DNA from: Mytilus edulis
Lineage: Eukaryota
Assembly (NCBI RefSeq): GCF_963676685.1
Contig: NC_092357.1
Coordinates: 38,316,001-38,380,000 of the forward strand
DNA: 64,000 bases
Direction: 5' to 3'
Shown in pieces: positions 11,621 to 24,430 of this stretch (its first letter is position 1; each line of letters begins with the position of its first letter). Below the pieces are notes generated by a model that worked only from the letters and a program-made list of their open reading frames with translations, was not told the origin of the DNA and searched no databases. The position numbers were made by a program, and so were the translations under genes.

Positions 11621-13714
11621 TTCTTTATGCTTTTATGTGTATTATGACATTTGTGGGCGAAGCCAAAAGTGTATGTAGCAAGTTTGCATGCTCCGAGTAG
11701 GCTTTTCGCGTCGATGCGGAACGCTCGCTAGTTTTAAAATTGTAAAACACAATCATTTTGCACCAAGCAAAAGATTGTTTATGTTGGAATATGACACAAA
11801 ATCATATTAGCTTATGACAGAAATTGGTAAATGTCTTTTTCAAAACTATAGTAAAATATTTTAAGTCATTAATTGGAGACTACCCATAACTCCGTCATCT
11901 GCCGTACTGAACCAAGCTGCGAAGTCAGTGTTTATATTTAGGCTTGCACTAAGCAGATTTGCTCGGTGCCGCACCAAGTGAAATAAGTTGGTGAAAAAAT
12001 ATTTCAATTAATAATATTTTACTTATCTTTATTTTATTACTATGTCAAATATATATAACCTGCACCAAGAAGGGGCTCAAATGATTTGTTGTGGACCAAC
12101 TAGATTTCCTCGCACCAAGTATTATAAGGAATAATTGTTTAGCTTTTAGAGACAAATGTACCTGTATCTATATTAAGATATATCTCTATTCATATGTTTT
12201 ACGAACCACACTGTATTTGTTGTGTTGCTTAACATAAATAATAGTATTAATACAATATATGAACTACAATATGATGTTTATAATTACTTCCTACACCAGA
12301 GGCCCAGATAAGTAACGACGGGTATCCTGACCCCGGAACGTTACAATACATTTGATTATTTAGTAAGAGTCAATCAAGAGAAGATTATATCAGAGGAATA
12401 CAAAACATTATTTACAGAAAGGCATATGACTTATGGCAAAAAAGCACACAGCCAACACTTATAGAAAAAAGTGCATGAGGAGAACACCACAATTACAATT
12501 TACAATTTGAAATTGACGAATATAAAGCCCTCATTTGCATTACATCTCTACCTCACCCCACTCAAGTTGTTTTCGTTTCCAGAGCTACTACCTAAAGCAT
12601 AATAGACCTAAGTTATTTTACAATACTATTGTATACTTATATGCATATTCAAGGTACCTATTTTGGGGCTTTTTACAAGGGCATGCTGTTTTTCTCTGAT
12701 TGTTAATGAGTCCTTTTGCATCATGCAGTGCATGTTGAATGTGTACTGATTGATATCTAGTCATTAATGCCAGATTGTTTTATTGATTTCAATCGGCTTT
12801 GCATTTGCTGTCAGTAACAGCGAGTACTCTTGGTTTTTTTTTTTTCTTTTTTTCGTTTGGTCTGTTTTGTTTCTAGGGATGTATTTTTTATAGATGTTTT
12901 TAGGCTCTGTATTGGTCTGACCAATTAATATTTTTTCAACTGATTGTAATTGTTTGTTCTTGTGTTGTACTTTTACAGTACCGTTCAAGCTTAGCGATAT
13001 GTTGGTTTCTTCAAATATGTCACCCTGTCATATTCTGTATTGCCTTATCAAGATCGTAGCCTGCAGTTCAGCGTTTGTTGTTGGATTATGTCTGTAATCT
13101 TGGGAAATTGTATTGTTATAAATTATGCCATTATTTTTCAATTAAGCTGTTTCCTAATTGTCATGTTGGGGTATTCGAAAGCCTATTATAAAGGTATTAT
13201 AAAGTATTTTTTTTTTTTCATTATTGAAGGCTGTCTATAATTGCTCTCATCCACTGAATTTCAAATTTGGTTGAAACTTTTCTCATTGGCTATTATACAA
13301 CATTATCTCCTGATTTTTATTTTTGATTAATACTGTGGATTCATTATTATTCGATGGATACCAATTTTTGCGGGTTTCGTGGGTACTGGTGAGTCACCAA
13401 TTCAAATTTTTAACGAATAACATATTTTCAATAGGCTTTTTACAGAGATGGACACAACCACGAAAACAAATATCCACGAATATACAACTTTTCAGCAATC
13501 AACGAAAATTGATAGATAGGGAAGCTGAATTACTTCAGTCCCTAATAGGCGATTTTGCCAAACTTGTCATTCTCTTATAAATAAGTAATTAACTGCTAAA
13601 AGTAAACAATTCTTAATTATGAATGATATATACATTTATTAGCAAATTATCTACAATTATTTAAGAATCGTATTATATATAAATATTCATCAGTATTATA
13701 AAAAAAAAGTTTGT

Positions 13715-15016
13715 TTAATATACTCCTTTCTTCATTGACATTGGCATTGGCATACCAGGTTTCATCATGTCCATCATTGGCATTGGCATTTGCATTGGCA
13801 TAGGCATACCAGGCTTCATCATGTCCATCATTCCCATTGGCATTGGCATACCAGGTTTCATCATGTCCATCATTGGCATTGGCATATCAGGTTTCATCAT
13901 TTTCATCATTCCCATTGGCATTGGCATATCAGGTTTCATCATTTCCATCATTTTCATTGGCATTGGCATTGGCATATCAGGTTTCATCATGTCCATCATT
14001 GGCATTGGCATATCAGGTTTCATCATTTCCAGCATTTTCATTTTCATTGGCATTGGCATGTCAGGTTTCATCATGTCCATCATTCCCATTGGCATTGGCA
14101 TTGGCATTGGCATATCAGGTTTCATCATTTCCATCATTTTAGGCATCATTTCCATCTTTCCTTTCATCTCCATCATTTCCTTCATTTTCATCATGTCCAT
14201 CATTTCTTTCATTTTCATCATTTCCATCATTTTACATTTCATTTCCATCATTGGCATCATTTTCATCATTTCCATTTTACCTTTCATTTCCATCATTTTC
14301 ATTGGCATCATTTCCATTGGCATCATTTCCATCATGCCACCTTTGCCGCCCATACCGCCCATCATTTCCATTGGCATCTCAGGTTTCATTGGCATCATGT
14401 CCATCATACCACCTTTACTGCCCATACCGCCCATCATTTCCATTGGCATCATTTCCATCATGCCACCTTTACCGCCCATCATTTTCATTGGCATCATAGG
14501 TTTCATTGGCATCATGTCCATCATGCCACCTTTACCGCCCGTACCGCCCATCATTTCCATTGGCATCATTGGTTTCATTGGCATCATGTCCATCATGCCA
14601 CCTTTACCACCCATACCGCCCATCATTTCCATTGGCATTTCGGGTTTCATTGGCATCATGTCCATCATGCCACCTTTGCCGCCCATACCGCCCATCATTT
14701 CCATTGGCATACCAGGCTTCATCGGCATCATGTCCATCATGCCACCTTTACCGCCCATACCGCCCATCATTTCCATTGGCATACCAGGCTTCATCGGCAT
14801 CATGTCCATCATGCCACCTTTACCGCCCATACCGCCCATCATTTCCATTGGCATATCAGGCTTCATAGGCATCATTTCCATTGGCATCATAGGCTTCATT
14901 GGCATCATGTCCATCATGCCACCTTTGCCGCCCATACCTCCCATCATCTTTTTCATTCCATAGGCGTTCACGCCAGCCAATATGGCTATAGTTGTAAGCA
15001 CGAAAAAGGATGCCAT
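13715..15016 (-). CDS. Secreted methionine-rich repetitive protein, copy 2 (433 aa)
   Basis: Signal peptide ending VNA|Y; 9 GGMGGKGG-type modules; same core with single Cys; 6 MMKPD plus 3 MMKPG modules; ends KKGVY. Acceptor TTTCAG|G at 15037/15036, AATAAA at 13640-13635. Confidence 0.93.
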   Translation of the reverse strand: MASFFVLTTIAILAGVNAYGMKKMMGGMGGKGGMMDMMPMKPMMPMEMMPMKPDMPMEMMGGMGGKGGMMDMMPMKPGMPMEMMGGMGGKGGMMDMMPMKPGMPMEMMGGMGGKGGMMDMMPMKPEMPMEMMGGMGGKGGMMDMMPMKPMMPMEMMGGTGGKGGMMDMMPMKPMMPMKMMGGKGGMMEMMPMEMMGGMGSKGGMMDMMPMKPEMPMEMMGGMGGKGGMMEMMPMEMMPMKMMEMKGKMEMMKMMPMMEMKCKMMEMMKMKEMMDMMKMKEMMEMKGKMEMMPKMMEMMKPDMPMPMPMPMGMMDMMKPDMPMPMKMKMLEMMKPDMPMPMMDMMKPDMPMPMPMKMMEMMKPDMPMPMGMMKMMKPDMPMPMMDMMKPGMPMPMGMMDMMKPGMPMPMQMPMPMMDMMKPGMPMPMSMKKGVY

Positions 15017-15705
15017 GTTTTGAGATTCGGTGAAACCTGAAATGCATTTTCAAAAAGGAATTTGCGTAAATTTTATAAAATTTCAGACACGATCTTAATT
15101 TGATGATAATCATACATGTCATATGAAAAAAACTTCGATTTAAAAATATTTATCTAAACATACAGGTTTCCATTTATCATTTCCCATAAGTACTTTTCAT
15201 AATTCCTTCTGTCATTGTCACTTTTTTTGTCAAGTTGTATCATACTACGTAAAACAAGTACAAAATATCCCTATATACATGATAGAGTAATAATATAGCT
15301 CTTGACGTGTTTATATCCTATACATCCTTTGATTCAAATGTTTATGAAGAAGATAAATCAAGAAAAGCGCATCGAACGCACAAATTAATGAAGAGTTTTT
15401 TATTTTAATATTCTAGTGAAGATTTCATATGAGATGACCAATGATAACGGGCACGTGCGCCCTTAGTTTCTAGTGACAATGTTTCAAAGCACTCTTCTGT
15501 GATGAGAAAGAAAATTATCGGTCGGTAAGAGCAAACGACAATTTTGTAAAATAGCGATACTTATGTTTATTCTTTCTTCTAGTTATCGAAATTGGTTTTA
15601 TTTGGAATAAGCAAGTAGTGAATTTTACAGGTTTTTTTTTTTTTCGTCTCAAATGGTTTTATAAAAATATACTTTTAAATAATCCCAAAACCTCTTGCAT
15701 TTTAA

Positions 15706-16282
15706 GGTAGATGGGGTGTCTAAATTATAATCCATAGAATTTTTTAATAATTTGCCAAAATGTAGTTTTTATCATGCTTTTAAAATAATAATAATAAAAA
15801 GAATGGGTCACCGGGCTTATTTTCATGCTACACGGTGTTCAAAATTGACAAATTGTGTATAGATTATGCATGGAAAACCCAATTTTCTTCAGTAAAGCGT
15901 AATCTACACCATAGAATTTTGAGATAACATATGAGAAGAAATGGGGTCACCAGACCCATTTATTTGCTACATTATAAAATAGGTAAATTCCTAACACATT
16001 CTATTGTAAAAGTACCTTAATCTGAATTATCTGCCCTTGCGTATGAGTTGCCCCCCCCCCCTTTATGTGGGAAAGTTGGAAAAAAATTGATCACACAAAA
16101 GTTTTCTGTTTTTTGTGAAATACAACCATAAATATGATAAAACATGTCATTTCCTAAATCGAAGTGGAAGTTCTTACACATGAATTACCTACTACTCTAA
16201 AAATTTGCACATTCTATTAAAGATCTAGACCTTGTTTTCTGGTATTTCCAAATCCAAGATGGAGGAAGACACCTTATCTACC
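15706..16282. mobile_element. Non-autonomous DNA transposon with TTAA target duplication (Kolobok-like)
   Basis: TTAA-GGTAGATGGGGTGTCT ... AGACACCTTATCTACC-TTAA; absent from the matching intron site of copy 1 (~8625). Confidence 0.85.
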
Positions 16283-17273
16283 TTAATAGTCATATTATAA
16301 AAGTAATTAGAATAATAAAATAATAATTTTATACATATTGAAAAAAAGCATCAGAAACGATCATACTTTTGAAAGAAAAGGATGCATTCATATTACCCCA
16401 GATAAAATCCACATTTTTCTACGTAAGAAAATGTCTGTACCAAAATCAGGAATATGACATTTGTAATCCATTTGTTTAATGAGTTTGAGCTTTTAATTTT
16501 GTCATTTGATTGTTGACTCTCCGTTTTGGAATTTTCTTCTGAAATCAGTATTTGTATGCCTGAATACGTTAGATGCAATATGATCAAAAAGCTCAAAAAA
16601 AGAATGAGTCGTTTATATGAAATATAATTTGAATAGATCGTGAAATGAACGTCTATAAACGCATGTACATAATATGTTGGTTGAAAACTTATAAATTGTT
16701 ATAGTGTATGTATAACGCATAAACTAATTATTTCGTAATTACCAAACAAACACAAAAAATAGAATAGAATTGAGCCTAGATTTAGATATAGAATAAATCA
16801 TTGTTTAAATAGATTTAAGTATTGAGTGTTTGGTTTCATTGTATGACAGTAATCGGTTGGTCAATGAATCATGTTGGGGGGAAAAGAAGAAGAAAAAAAA
16901 CGAAAAAAGACGAAAAAAGATGAAAAAAAAAATTATATGAATAAATGATAAGTCTTCAGCAAATTTGATTTTAAATTTATAAAAACATTAATGGTTGGCT
17001 AACACCACATCATCTTTAAGGTAAATCACATATAAAGATGAATAAAAGATTAGTATTACCGAATATGTTAGAGAAAAATAAATATAATATGTTACCGGTT
17101 TTTCATTTAATTTTTATTTAGTCATTCCATGTTGTTCCTGTTTTAGTTTTAATCAAATTTTTCGTATTCTATTCTTTAAATCAAAATATACCAATTTGAT
17201 ACTCATTTGGTTTCGTACCTATGTAATTTTATATAGTATACTGAAGGCTGATAATAAGTTAATTTTTTCTTAC

Positions 17274-17630
17274 CTGAGTTTTGGCAAGTTGATATCGATG
17301 GAGAGCCAAGGAAAGTTCTGCGGTCGTTTGAACGATCATTTGCCTATTTATACTATTGATAATTTCTGCTAATTGAGTTCATTATGTAATAAAACATATG
17401 TTTTATAAAACAAAATCAACGCCATTTTATTTCATCAAAATTATGTGATAGTAAAAACACGATAACCATGTCCGACACATGTTAGACATGTGATACATAA
17501 TCTTTTCGAAACCATAAAGTCAACACTTCAATGACACAAATAGTTTGTAAGGGTTCATATACTAACATGCTTTTCCGTTGGTCTTTTTTTTTGTCTTATC
17601 GACATACTTTCCACAGCCTCCTTTATTCAT
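17274..17630 (-). promoter_or_regulatory. Promoter and non-coding exon 1 of Met-rich gene copy 2
   Basis: TATAAATA 17352-17345; donor CTCAG|GTAAGA after 17274; predicted intron 17273-15037. Confidence 0.85.
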
Positions 17631-18863
17631 ACAAATGAAAACATCATGTAGAAATGTTCTACATTGTAATTAATATGTACATTTCTATCCATTTGACATA
17701 CACCATACTTAACCTCTGTTAACGAAGGATTTAACCTTTTCTTGTCGTATGAAAAATTAATGTAGTAATGCACGTAGTCGTTTATAGTATGAAGAAAGAG
17801 GTGGATCTTTCATGGTCGTAACAGAACGATATGGTAAGAAATTATAAACAGACAATAGACCATTTTAATATTAACAACTTTTGACTCCGGGTTCTACACT
17901 TATTCTACAGATTACCTACTCTGTGGTGGGACATCCTGGTCAAATGGCAGCACCTTAAAAAAGCAAAATCAAAATTATATGACATGGACTATATATACAG
18001 AAATGCTCTCTCATTGATTTCTTCTTCCAACTTTGATATGCACTATTGAAATATGCAAAGACATTCATGAATTTCTTTTGAAATATTTTTCTGTTTAAAT
18101 TTGTTTTTAAATCTTTTTAATACAGAAAGATATATTATCATTTTATTTTTTTTTAAGTTGACTTATTTTTATGCACATTAAACTTAAGTTCTCTCTTTGT
18201 GTGTAACGCTACTAAAGTGTTATTTTAACATGATTTAAAACTATAAAAATACTATAAAAAAAACATGATGATTATATACTATTTTTTTATGTGTGGGTTG
18301 GTTTTTTTTGGTAACACGTTGCTGTTAAATAACGGAATGGTATTAGATTGTCTTATGAATGAGATTTTTCGATGGCCATATAGCCAGTTTTTATCCACCA
18401 TTTTCTACAGGAATACTCATTTTTTTTTTATTTGTTTAAGGTAGATCGGGTGTTTAAATTTTCGCGCCGTCTGCGCATATAGTTGCGCATTGATATCGTA
18501 AGTCATGTACGTTGTCGTAATTTGCCATAACTATAAAATTTGATCATTAATTTATTTTCTTTTATTTAAATACATTGAGAATGAGTTAAATAACTATTAA
18601 CTGCAATTTCAAAACTTATTAAAGGTTATTGCAGCTATTGTCATTGTCGAAATAGTACTTCCGTTCTAAAAATATGGAGCATGTTCTTGACGTCGGAGAA
18701 GACTGAAGAGAGAATAACTCATAATAATCGAACACCTGAACTGCTTTTCATGAATACTGTAATGCAGATCGCAATTATAGATAATGTGTTTGAGATTTTG
18801 ATTTTTTCAGTTGTTCATTGACCTTTTGTTTTGAATTTTCATTGCAGTTCAGTATTTATGTTA

Positions 18864-20000
18864 TTAGGTCTTTCCACTTTTCTTGTGGAAAGACCTATTG
18901 AATTTGTTCTGATTTTTTTTTTTTTTCTTCCGCCTAATTTTTTTCTTGCGGTGTAAAAATGTTTCAAAAGATGTCGCTTAGTTTTTTTGTATATGATATC
19001 ATTCAGTCTATACGCTTTTGAAACTGAACCTGTTTAACCGAACACTTTTCTTTGTAAGAGTTATCTCCCCAAACACTGTTTTTCTTGTTATCAGATCTCC
19101 TCCGCAATCGTAAAAGAAAGCGACAAATTTATTTTTCCAAATTGCTCGTTATATCCTCAGGATGTTACGTTTTATTTTCACCGAAGCTTTACGAAAACTC
19201 CATATGAGAGTTATTTCCCCTTTTGTAATGAAATAAATGAAATAAATTTGTTACTGGAAAACCATTAGTGGTAGAGGCCTAGGGTCTTTTGATTTGAGGT
19301 CCTTGGTCCAAAAAAATGAAAATGAGGTCAAGGTCAAAGGTCAAGGTCATGTTCAAAAATATGATTTTGGCTTGTTATCTCTTATTTTCAGAAATCCTAT
19401 AAGATATCGACAAAATATTTTCACAAAATGAGTGTTACGACATGGCGTAACACGTAAATTTGAGTTATAAGGGTACGTAAACATTTGATGCGACTTTTCC
19501 CCCTTTTATATCTTGTATTAGCTGTATGGTAATATAACTCATTATCATTATAAAGTAAAGGCTTAGGGTCTTTTGATTTAAGATCCTTGGTCCAAAAAAA
19601 TGAAAATTAGGTCCAGGTCAAAGGTCAAGGTCAAATTCTAAATTTTGATTTTGGCTTATTTTCACTCTTTTTCATTAACGTTATAAGATTTCAACAAATT
19701 ATTTTACTAAATTGTTAGTTGCGACATGTCGTAACTTATAAATTTCGATTGGAAGGGTGTGAAGAGAATAAATGGGATTTTTGCCCCTGTTATATTTAGA
19801 ATTATGCGTAAAGTGATATTACTCATGAACCATACATAATACAGACCTAGGGTCTTTTAATTTGGGATCCTTGGTTTATGACCTTGAAATTGAGGTCAAG
19901 GTCATAGTTTAATTGGACGTTCTAGATTTTGACCTTCGCTTGAAATTCATATTTATATATCATTTAGCCATAGGAACTGACATTTTCAACTGAATTTTAA
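18864..20000. repeat. Helentron-like cassette with ~283-bp internal tandem repeats
   Basis: Starts with hairpin TAGGTCTTTCCAC..GTGGAAAGACCTA; CTAGGGTCTTTT..GGTCAAGGTCA units at ~19277, ~19560, ~19843. A related hairpin start occurs at ~56010. Confidence 0.6.
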
Positions 20001-21877
20001 TATTTTCATATCAAAATAGATCCTTATCTTTTTCACTTTAACGTAAATAAGCAAAACTCGTTTCTTTAATTCTACGTAACTTCTGTTGGCCTAGCCTTTC
20101 CCACATAACGTATTTGAAGATCAACATATTACTTCCAGTTTTTTTTTTAAAGCAATCAAATGTTTTGATGTATTTTCTAAACAAATATGCATTGTTAAAT
20201 GCAAACTATCAATAATATGATTAATTTATAGGTTTGACAATGTTTGAATAAAGTAAAAATTTCAAAACTGAGTTAAAGCAAATTTTAGAGGAGCAATACA
20301 GTTCTAACAGAGGGGATAGCGACTGAGGAATGAACAATAAATTAATTACTAGTATCTTCATGTACAAATGAAAATACCAAGAAATTGTACACGTGCGATT
20401 GTTATAGTAATTCTTGTAGCAGATAAAACAAAACCTTATATTTGATGACAGGTCTGATGTATACATATTTATAATCTTGTTTATATTGTTTCTTCATGTT
20501 GTTTTCATGTTGTAATGATTTGTTACATTCTATGTAATGAAGTGTTATAATAATAAAGATTTGAATTGAATTGAATTGAATTGGTAATATCGGCCATGAA
20601 GTATTAAATACTAGTAGTAATAAAATTATGAAAACATATAAATATTTCTACCATTGTTTTCATTAATGTATGTGCTCTCCACAGAGAATCATATATATTA
20701 AACATATCGTTAATCACATCGCCGAAACATCACGAAATTTATACAGTTTTTTCTCAATTTAAAACCATATACATGTATAAACATTTGACCGTCTCTACTA
20801 TGTATTGTTTTCCTAAAATACAACCAAACAAATACAGAGAAATCTTCTTTAGTAGCAGCTTCTTGTGAGTATTCTACAACTATTTCTTCACTGTTTTTCA
20901 CTAGGTCTCATACTTATATCAAAGATTGTATAATGTACTTTTACACATCGGTGCATGCTTTGTGATAAAAAGATAGCTAGTTTTAGTCTAGGAAACGTGA
21001 TTTCAATATTAGCTTTATAAGCAGTTAACTAGTTCTTCAAAACTTGCAGATACTTTATATTTTCTATGTTGTGTCTAAAGTTTTTTTTATTACCAGTTGT
21101 TGGTTGTTTTTTGTATTTTGTTTCTGCTTTTTATCGATTGAATGATACAATATAAATGAGAAGATGTGGAATGAGTGCCAACTCTCCATCCAAGTCACTA
21201 AGTATTAAAAAAAACAATTCTAGGTCAATGTACGGTATTTAACACGGTGCCTTGATTCACTCCGAACAACAAGCTTTAAAGGGCCTCAAAATGACTAAAT
21301 TATGGAAAAGAATTCAAATCGGAAAACAAACGGTTCAATCTATATAACACACGACAACATGAAACACCTATGAACTACACCAATATACGATAAGTCTTTC
21401 TCGAAATAATTTTCCAATCTATATTATTCACTATTACACAACTGTCTCAGCTTTGCGTAGAGATGAACCCTCTATAAAATAGTAAACCTATAATTAGAGG
21501 TTGTAATTGGTTACTGTCCCTTATATCAATTTTTCGTTTATGGTTTCTTTAATCAGGCCGTTGGATTCTCGTTTGAATTGTTTAAATTTTTGTTAAATTG
21601 TTGCCTTGTAAACCTTACTTTCAGTTATGAGTTTTGCTCATTATTGATTGCTTACAAGTGATCTATAGTTACTATGATGTACCTGGTTGATATATATCTT
21701 ATTGCTAAGTTTACTCAAGATCATAATCTTATATATAATTTGAATGTACACCTACATATCATGTCCACGGAAGAGGCCTCACTTCATTAAGATTTATTTT
21801 GTAGTTATTGTATCGTTTCGTGAAAATAAAACTACTTTATATAGTGTATGGAAAAATGCAGACATAGACAATACTTA

Positions 21878-22082
21878 CCGTGTAGCGGGTTATTTTCGCG
21901 GGATGTAAATTTTCGCTAATTTTCGCGGATATAACAAAATCGCCAAATTTAAAAGTGTACATTTAAAGGTATTCAATAGAAGTCTTGAATCCGCCAAAAT
22001 ATAAATCTCCAAAATATTTCGTATACCTTATTCATTGAATATTGCGAAATTTTACACCTGCGAAAAATAACCCGCTATACGG
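21878..22082. mobile_element. MITE with TA target duplication
   Basis: TA-CCGTGTAGCGGGTTATTTTCGC ... GCGAAAAATAACCCGCTATACGG-TA. Confidence 0.9.
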
Positions 22083-22689
22083 TATTATAGGTACTATTTA
22101 GCAAAGAAAATGTTTTTTGCGAATTTTACAATATAGCATACAAATTGTAATAAGGAAACATGTTTTAAAGATGTCAGACCTTAAGACGAGTCGTTATATA
22201 ATTGTGTTAATTTCATAAGTGTTAAACAAGAAAATGGGCAAGAAAAAGAAAACATAAGTTGAAGAAAGCTAAACCACACGATGGCGAAAATGTTCTTCAA
22301 CTGTTTACTTTTTGGGGCTTTTAAAAAATATTTGATTCGAGTATTATAATACTGATACAAGTTTTGTCTGAAATTGCTATCCTGGTACCTTCGACTAGTT
22401 TATGGACAGAAAGACAAAATCCGTTATGAACGTTCTGAAAAAAAACATCATTTTTCTCGAATTCAATTAAAACATGTTAAATTCAGACGTATTTTTTCTT
22501 TGTCAACCGACACGTCTGGTTATAAAACTAGAATAAAACTACAGGCATTTAATTTTCTCTCATTTATGGTAGGTAATCCTCCAAAGATGTAGGAACACTT
22601 CCGAATACAAGGAAGATAACACAATTATACGTTTTCGTAGTGTTGAAATCTGTCTACCTACTTTTGTCTTAAGGACCACATCTATCCCA

Positions 22690-23110
22690 CCAGGAAGCTG
22701 TTTAGGCAAGAGATTCAAATGATGAAGCTGAAATAATTCCTTTGTAATTTTACGGACCTCATCATTGGTTGACCGTTATGGAATATCCGTGTCACAGATG
22801 ATATCGACACGTTATTTATGTTGTTACTACAATCCCGTTTATTTTTCACGATTGTCACCTACTGAATAAGACTTATTACCGGGTTTGTACAAACATGAGC
22901 ATAACGATGGGTGCCATATGTGGAGCAGGATATGTTAACCTTGGGGAGCACCTGAGATTACCAACATGCTTTATGCTTACTTTTTATTTTCTATGTTGTG
23001 TTTTGTGTTTCATTGTTTGTCTGTTTGTCTGTTTGTCTTTTTCTTTTTAGGCAATGGCGTTATTTTCGATTTATGAGTTTGAATGTCCCTCGTGTATCTT
23101 TTTCTCTTCT
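22690..23110 (+). mobile_element. Penelope-derived repeat, 3' portion
   Basis: Decayed KLK..FYG.HH..VDRYGISVSQM-like frame followed by the reverse complement of the repeat at 1528-1710. Confidence 0.65.
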
Positions 23111-23665
23111 TTTAGATGATGTTTTGAGTTATAGTGCAAAATTGAGAGGGTTTTTGTTGGGTTGGAGAGGGGTCTTGATCATCATTTTCGATAATCTTCG
23201 ATAATCTTTATTTCTTATCCAAATTTTCTGCATTCTGTATATTGAAGCACCATTTTTTCTCTCCTCTCAATTTTGTTGCCAATAAGACCAATAGATTCAT
23301 TATATAAGACTGCTGTTTTGAGACATAACAACCAAAACAAGACTATGCAATATGTATCTTGAGAGGGAAAAAAATGATTTTGTTTAAATCTTTATTGTTA
23401 AATTTGTATTGGTATGCTAATGAAATACAGAAAAAGAAAATAAAAGTACACATGCTTTATTCGTGTATTTAATCCTATGCAATAACTACATCAGAAGCTG
23501 CTACCCAAGAAAGGTCTTTTCTTTTCTTTTCACGAAAAAGTGACTAAAGCCCTCGAAATCCAAGCTTAAATCCTTCTGTTATGAATGATATCTATATTTA
23601 TTTTTAAACTACATCTGCTTTAAAGTTAAATAATATGTAAATATTCATCAGTTTTAAATGTTTGT

Positions 23666-24430
23666 TTAGTATGCTCCTTTCTTCATTGGCATTGGTTTCA
23701 TCATTTCCATTGGCATTGGCTTCATCATTTCCATTGGCATTGGCATGGGTTTCATCATTTCCATTGGCATCATTTTTGGCATCATTTCCATCATCTTAGG
23801 CATCATTTCCATTTTCATTGGCATCATTTCCATTGGCATTGGTTTCATCATTCCCATTGGCATCATTTTCATCATTTCCATTGGCATCATTTCCATTTTC
23901 ATTGGCATCATTTTCATCATTTCCATCATCTTAGGCATCATTTCCATTTTCATTGGCATCATTTCTTTCATTTTCATCATTTCCATCATTGGCATCATTT
24001 CCTTCATTTTCATCATTTCCATCATTTTTGGCATCATTTCCATCTTTCCTTTCATCTCCATCATTTCCTTCATTTTCATCATACCCATCATTTCTTTCAT
24101 CTTCATCATTTCCATCTTTTTACCCATCATTTCCATCATTGGCATCATTTTCATCATTTCCATCATTTTACCTTTCATTTCCATCATTGGCATCATTTTC
24201 ATCATTTCCATCATTGGCATGGGCATCATTTCCATCATTTTCATCGGCATCATCTCCATCATCATCGGCTTCATTGGCATCATTTCCATCATGCCACCTT
24301 TACCACCCATACCGCCCATCATTTCCATCGCCATCATTTTCATCATGTCCATCGGGGGTGGCATCATTTTCATCATACCGGCGTTTACGCTAGCCAATAT
24401 GGCTGCAGCTGTAATCACGATAAAAGCCAT
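23666..24430 (-). CDS. Secreted methionine-rich repetitive protein, copy 3 (254 aa, divergent)
   Basis: True start MAFIVITAAAILASVNA|G at 24430, after acceptor TTTTTCAG|G at 24451/24450. One GGMGGKGG module, expanded E/K/M core, ends KKGAY. Hand count about 127 Met in 237 mature residues. AATAAA at 23602-23597. Confidence 0.92.
   Translation of the reverse strand: MAFIVITAAAILASVNAGMMKMMPPPMDMMKMMAMEMMGGMGGKGGMMEMMPMKPMMMEMMPMKMMEMMPMPMMEMMKMMPMMEMKGKMMEMMKMMPMMEMMGKKMEMMKMKEMMGMMKMKEMMEMKGKMEMMPKMMEMMKMKEMMPMMEMMKMKEMMPMKMEMMPKMMEMMKMMPMKMEMMPMEMMKMMPMGMMKPMPMEMMPMKMEMMPKMMEMMPKMMPMEMMKPMPMPMEMMKPMPMEMMKPMPMKKGAY

Noticed and set aside
13767-15040. Long plus-strand His-rich (416 aa) and Ile/Gly-rich (398 aa) ORFs, likewise at 5977-7170 and 23745-24437
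   Set aside because: Antisense shadows of ATG-rich repeats: CAT reads His, and antisense stops need TTA/CTA/TCA codons the real protein barely uses. Signal peptide, splice, TATA and polyA signals all support the minus strand.
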